Below, piece by piece: positions 16,479 to 20,000 of a stretch of 20,000 nucleotides of DNA (position 1 is the stretch's first letter; each line of letters begins with the position of its first letter). Location: IMG/VR virus record IMGVR_UViG_3300009085_000026; one strand, 5' to 3'. Under the pieces are notes generated by a model. It was not told the DNA's origin and did not search any database. It worked only from the letters and a program-made list of their open reading frames with translations. The position numbers and the translations under genes are program-made. This DNA comes from an uncultured virus (IMG/VR IMGVR_UViG_3300009085_000026) (taxonomy: Duplodnaviria > Heunggongvirae > Uroviricota > Caudoviricetes).

Positions 16479-16609
16479 CGAGCAAATAGGTAAGGATGAT
16501 GTTACTTGGCCGGCATTCTATAGTCGGTGCCATCGACCCTAAAGCATCGATTAACCTTTCGGTTAACGATTTAATCATTGATTTTCGGTAATCACCCTAA
16601 GTCAGCTCG
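16479..16609 (-). ncRNA. Y-RNA-like element 4
   Basis: CGAGC[U]GA/UUGCUCG stem, AGGGUGAU/AUCAUCCU stem, UUACCG, inner hairpin UUAACC-GAAA-GGUUAA. Confidence 0.72.
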
Positions 16610-16900
16610 ACTTCAATACGCCAAGCGAATGCTTAGGCCAGCATTCTATTTCGACTCAGTAACCCTGAGCAGGTTTAGTTAGTAGTAATCAGTTGTACTT
16701 CTTACCACCTCCGTTATTAAATATACTTATGCGAAAACAAAAAGAAAATTTTGAATTTAGATTAGAGACTAACCCTTCCGGGCTTTATCTTTTATTATCT
16801 TTCGAGATATATGCAAAATTTGAAGTTTTTAGAGGGACTTTATATCTAATTGTTATATGGCTTAAAGTAAAGATAACTAAAGCATAATTATAGGAGCAAA

Positions 16901-17755
16901 ATGATTAAATTTATTAAAGACGTGATGAATTACAAAGTGAAGCTTTCTATAGTAATAACTATAGTTGCTAGTCTCATGGCTATATTTAGCATATCAGTGC
17001 TTGTTGTCAATAACTTTTTAGTAGATGCTAAATACCAAGCCGACAAGCAATCCTGGAAAGCTCAGATAGCCGAGCTAGAGGCTAAGAATAAAGACTATAG
17101 AGATTCAGCGGCTGAGATTCTGGCAATAAAGGATAGGTTTAGAGCATCAATAAAAGAGATAGTAGAAATGCTCTATAATAAGGATACTTCTTTGGGCATA
17201 GGTGGTTCATCTATACCAGTTGAAGATACCGATGAGGCTGTTCTTCTACAAATAAGAAATACAGTTCAAACAATGCAGGATGACCAAAACCTATTAGCAG
17301 AGGTCAAGCATTACTTAGTAGCAAGAAAAGAATTCATAGACAACTTCCCGTTTGATTGGCCAATTAGCAAAACTGGAGTTCCTAAAATAACATCTGGCTT
17401 TGGATTTAGGGACGATTTAAAGGGTAAACCAACTTTACACATGCACGCTGGGATAGATATTGGCGGAAAGAAAGGAGATGCAGTTTATGCAACTGCAGCT
17501 GGGGTAGTCGTATCTGTAAATTATAATCACGAACTATATGGAAAATTAGTAATTCTAAAGCATAAATATGACTTTGAAACTTATTATGCTCATCTTGATA
17601 AGATTTCCGTAAAGATTGGTCAATCTATAGAAAGGGGTCAAAAGGTTGGCGAAATGGGAGATACTGGTGAATCTCAAGGTTACCATTTACATTATGAAAT
17701 AAGAAGAAATTCTGTGGCTATTGATCCTATGATGTTTCTTAATATAAACTATTAG
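16901..17755 (+). CDS. Membrane-anchored M23 peptidase (TM, coiled coil, LytM domain)
   Basis: N-terminal hydrophobic helix, coiled coil, then WP...ITSGFGFR, HAGIDIG, TYYAHL and GDTGESQGYHLHYEI; AGGAG RBS. Confidence 0.92.
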   Translation: MIKFIKDVMNYKVKLSIVITIVASLMAIFSISVLVVNNFLVDAKYQADKQSWKAQIAELEAKNKDYRDSAAEILAIKDRFRASIKEIVEMLYNKDTSLGIGGSSIPVEDTDEAVLLQIRNTVQTMQDDQNLLAEVKHYLVARKEFIDNFPFDWPISKTGVPKITSGFGFRDDLKGKPTLHMHAGIDIGGKKGDAVYATAAGVVVSVNYNHELYGKLVILKHKYDFETYYAHLDKISVKIGQSIERGQKVGEMGDTGESQGYHLHYEIRRNSVAIDPMMFLNINY

Positions 17756-17768
17756 ATTGGGGGATAAT

Positions 17769-18641
17769 ATGGCAAATGGTTCAGTTAAGCTTGGCGAGAA
17801 ACCTGGTGCAGATGCAGATATAGAGCTTCTGCAAAAGGTTTTTAAGCTAGATGGATTTGAGCAGCTCACTAAGCCAAATAAAAATCTGATGGCAACTCTC
17901 ATAGTGCTTATAAGCATATTCATTCTTACTATAGGTGCTGGCATTTTTGCTGTCAACAAAATAATAAGAGATATGTATAAGGAATATGTTTATAATACAG
18001 AAGAGATTATAAAAGCTAAGTCAGATATTGAACTTTCTAACTCTTGGGAAAGATTACCAGAGAGTCAAAGGCGAGAAAGGCTGAGAACTCAATACTACGA
18101 GATTGTTAGATATTACACTAATAATCTGCCACCTCAACAGAAGATGAGCGATGAACAAATTCAAGCTTCTTTCAATACTCTATGGGCTTGTACAAATAGA
18201 GTCCCTTCTATAAACTTCTTTCTTCCTGTTGCTTACATGAAGGTTTCTACTAACTTTAATCCAATCTACGATGTAGAATACAAAAAAGGAATAGCTTCTT
18301 TCTATACTACAATGGGTAGCAGAATAGCTAATCTTCCTTTAGTAAGAAATGATGTTATTTTCCAAACAGTTTTTAAAGGGTCTGAAACTCTTAACAATCC
18401 TAGCGACGCTATAAAACTATTGGTTGCAAGGATAGATGATTTAATGACTACGTTTAATGGCAGAACGGATTGGATTCTTCTATCTCTATTCACTAACGAA
18501 TATGATGTTATAGCTAAGTATTGGAAGGGTGGCGAAGGAACTATCCCAGATTCTCTTTACAGAACTGGACAATTAGCTGATGCCCTGATGTACTTCCAGT
18601 CGTTCAAGAATTGGCAAATTCCAGCAGTAGTTGCTAAGTAA
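17769..18641 (+). CDS. Membrane-anchored protein with degenerate SLT (lytic transglycosylase)-like domain
   Basis: TM helix; VAYMKVSTNFNP aligns with A.i..ESnfnP (catalytic Glu absent); LNNPSDAIKL...IDDLMTTFNG resembles the L.dP..Ni...l..l...fgg region. Confidence 0.55.
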   Translation: MANGSVKLGEKPGADADIELLQKVFKLDGFEQLTKPNKNLMATLIVLISIFILTIGAGIFAVNKIIRDMYKEYVYNTEEIIKAKSDIELSNSWERLPESQRRERLRTQYYEIVRYYTNNLPPQQKMSDEQIQASFNTLWACTNRVPSINFFLPVAYMKVSTNFNPIYDVEYKKGIASFYTTMGSRIANLPLVRNDVIFQTVFKGSETLNNPSDAIKLLVARIDDLMTTFNGRTDWILLSLFTNEYDVIAKYWKGGEGTIPDSLYRTGQLADALMYFQSFKNWQIPAVVAK

Positions 18642-18642
18642 A

Positions 18643-18828
18643 TCAGAGCTCCTTCGGGAGCTCTTTTTTTATCTCTATCTCAACTTTTGAATGGGCAACT
18701 ATTTTCCTTTTAGTAGCATTTAAGAGTTTACTAAGCTTGACCTTAGTTGTAATTGGGGGGACTATATAATCCTTCTCAGTCCTCATCCCGTAAATTGCTT
18801 TTGGTTTTATTTCCATATTTCCTCTCAT
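18643..18828 (-). CDS. Small basic hypothetical protein
   Basis: 61-aa ORF (may start at MEIKPK) overlapping an upstream small ORF; its 3' end runs through the opposite-strand terminator. Confidence 0.45.
   Translation of the reverse strand: MRGNMEIKPKAIYGMRTEKDYIVPPITTKVKLSKLLNATKRKIVAHSKVEIEIKKELPKEL
18645..18670 (+). terminator. Rho-independent terminator
   Basis: AGAGCUCC-UUCG-GGAGCUCU followed by a U run, right after the 18641 stop. Confidence 0.88.
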
Positions 18829-18919
18829 CTTCTTCTTTTAATACTATTAAAGATACTACCAAAGCACCTATTAAACAAAATACAACTATGCCAGCCGCTA
18901 TATAAATTGCGACAGTCAT
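18776..18919 (-). CDS. 47-aa single-pass membrane protein
   Basis: Hand translation MTVAIYIAAGIVVFCLIGALVVSLIVLKEEDERKYGNKTKSNLRDED*; below the ORF-track cutoff. Confidence 0.6.
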   Translation of the reverse strand: MTVAIYIAAGIVVFCLIGALVVSLIVLKEEDERKYGNKTKSNLRDED

Positions 18920-18920
18920 A

Positions 18921-18992
18921 TGGGCAATGTAGGAATTGAACCTACGACTTTCTGTACGTCAAACAGATGTTCTTCTACTGAACTAATCGCCC
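18921..18992 (-). tRNA. tRNA-Val (GAC)
   Basis: GGGCGAU/AUUGCCC acceptor stem, D arm GUUC/GAAC, anticodon arm UCUGU-UUGACGU-ACAGA, T arm GUAGG-UUCAAUU-CCUAC, A discriminator; no CCA. Confidence 0.88.
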
Positions 18993-19666
18993 AATAAATG
19001 CTTTTTTAAAGCACCAACCTGAGTAAGAGAAACTATATGTTGAAGAATGCTAGGAATATAGGTATTCCAAATTCTTCTTGGTGGGCCATATTTTCTCATA
19101 AAGCTTACTGCTCTATATCCTAAAAAAGGAAACAAAGGAACTACATCTCTTCCATATACATATCTATAGGTATCTGGAACTCTCTTATTGAACGATTTTA
19201 CAAAAGCCTCATTGCCAACCTTTGGAGAGCCAAAAGGTAAACAAGCTATATCTAGCTGGGGAAAATTATATTGTAGATCCACAGCACATAGAGTTGCAAG
19301 AGCCCCCCCAAAACTTTGTCCAGCTACTATAACTTTTATGGGTTTCTTTGTAATTATTAGATAGTGTATAAAAAATCTTATCTTTTCTTTGTAAGCTTCA
19401 CACCAGCCATGATGTACTCTTATTTTAGAATTGTAATTATCATATGGTACATGTTTTTTGGCTGTGGCAAAATTAAACAACCAATCTCTAAATTCATCTG
19501 AGCCACGAAAAACAATTACAAGAGCATTATTTCTATAACCAATAAATCCTTGAACTACATCGTTAGAGAAAGGTACTTTACTTTCTATCTTGCTATCATA
19601 GGTTTTGAATTTAGATTCTAAACAAGCTCCCAGGCACTCAACTATAGTTTCATTATCAACTTTCAT
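18983..19666 (-). CDS. Class 3 lipase (alpha/beta hydrolase)
   Basis: IVFRGSD, VHHGW, nucleophile elbow GQSFGGALA, FGSPKVGN, DVVP; AGGAG RBS. Confidence 0.9.
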   Translation of the reverse strand: MKVDNETIVECLGACLESKFKTYDSKIESKVPFSNDVVQGFIGYRNNALVIVFRGSDEFRDWLFNFATAKKHVPYDNYNSKIRVHHGWCEAYKEKIRFFIHYLIITKKPIKVIVAGQSFGGALATLCAVDLQYNFPQLDIACLPFGSPKVGNEAFVKSFNKRVPDTYRYVYGRDVVPLFPFLGYRAVSFMRKYGPPRRIWNTYIPSILQHIVSLTQVGALKKHLLGD

Positions 19667-19690
19667 TTGAGGCTCCTGCTGTTATCTTGC

Positions 19691-20000
19691 TTAGTTATTC
19701 TGGATAAGTTCAAGAAGATATTTTTCTTTTCTTTCAAACATATCGCCGTCTATTTTTCGACATTCAGATACAATCATTTTGCTGTTGACGATAGTGTAGT
19801 AGAGCCGCATTGCATTACTGATGACTTCGTCTTTGGGAAACCTGTACCTTGATGCGAAAGCTCTTAGCAAGCCGTTATGGTCTATTGAAGGCCCGTTTGA
19901 GACAAGAACACAGTCCTCATAGATTATGATTCGACCAGAGTCTCTCCCGAGATAGCCGTCTTTGGTAAATCCGCTCTGATACAATGTTTCCACGTTTTTA
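19691..20000 (-). CDS. Hypothetical protein (probably 5'-truncated by the window edge)
   Basis: Open frame of at least 100 aa that continues to the window end. Confidence 0.6.
   Translation of the reverse strand, partial: KNVETLYQSGFTKDGYLGRDSGRIIIYEDCVLVSNGPSIDHNGLLRAFASRYRFPKDEVISNAMRLYYTIVNSKMIVSECRKIDGDMFERKEKYLLELIQNN

Noticed and set aside
15812..16609. CRISPR array
   Set aside because: The repeated parts are short paired motifs with variable sequence and irregular spacing, not identical direct repeats with spacers; no cas genes in the window.
16151..16887. Short ORFs 16151-16336, 16396-16578 and 16693-16887
   Set aside because: No RBS or recognisable motifs; they overlap strongly structured RNA elements or the AT-rich divergent promoter region.
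1..20000. Stop-codon reassignment as seen in some large phages
   Set aside because: Genes are full length under code 11, and TAA, TAG and TGA all end conserved proteins at sensible positions; no suppressor tRNA was seen.

Overview
Gene-dense, AT-rich, mostly minus-strand segment that looks like part of a large (jumbo-type) phage genome using genetic code 11; a spirochaete-like host is only a weak inference. Protein genes: two paralogous MoxR-type AAA+ / HExxH metallopeptidase / vWA modules (one fused, one split), two M23 peptidases, peptide deformylase, a pyrimidine-dimer glycosylase-like protein, a SLOG protein, a stand-alone MshEN-like protein, a Ro60/TROVE protein, a lipoprotein, two tandem radical SAM paralogs, an apparently inactive SLT-fold protein and a class 3 lipase. 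There are two tRNAs (Gly-CCC, Val-GAC). The best candidate for a new system is RNA-based. Four dispersed Y-RNA-like elements share a bulged Ro-binding-type stem and a UUAYCG motif but carry different inner domains, and one lies in the Ro60 leader. An unrecognised ~316-nt multi-branched structured RNA sits among them at 16084-16399. All structures were paired by eye; no searches or folding programs were run.
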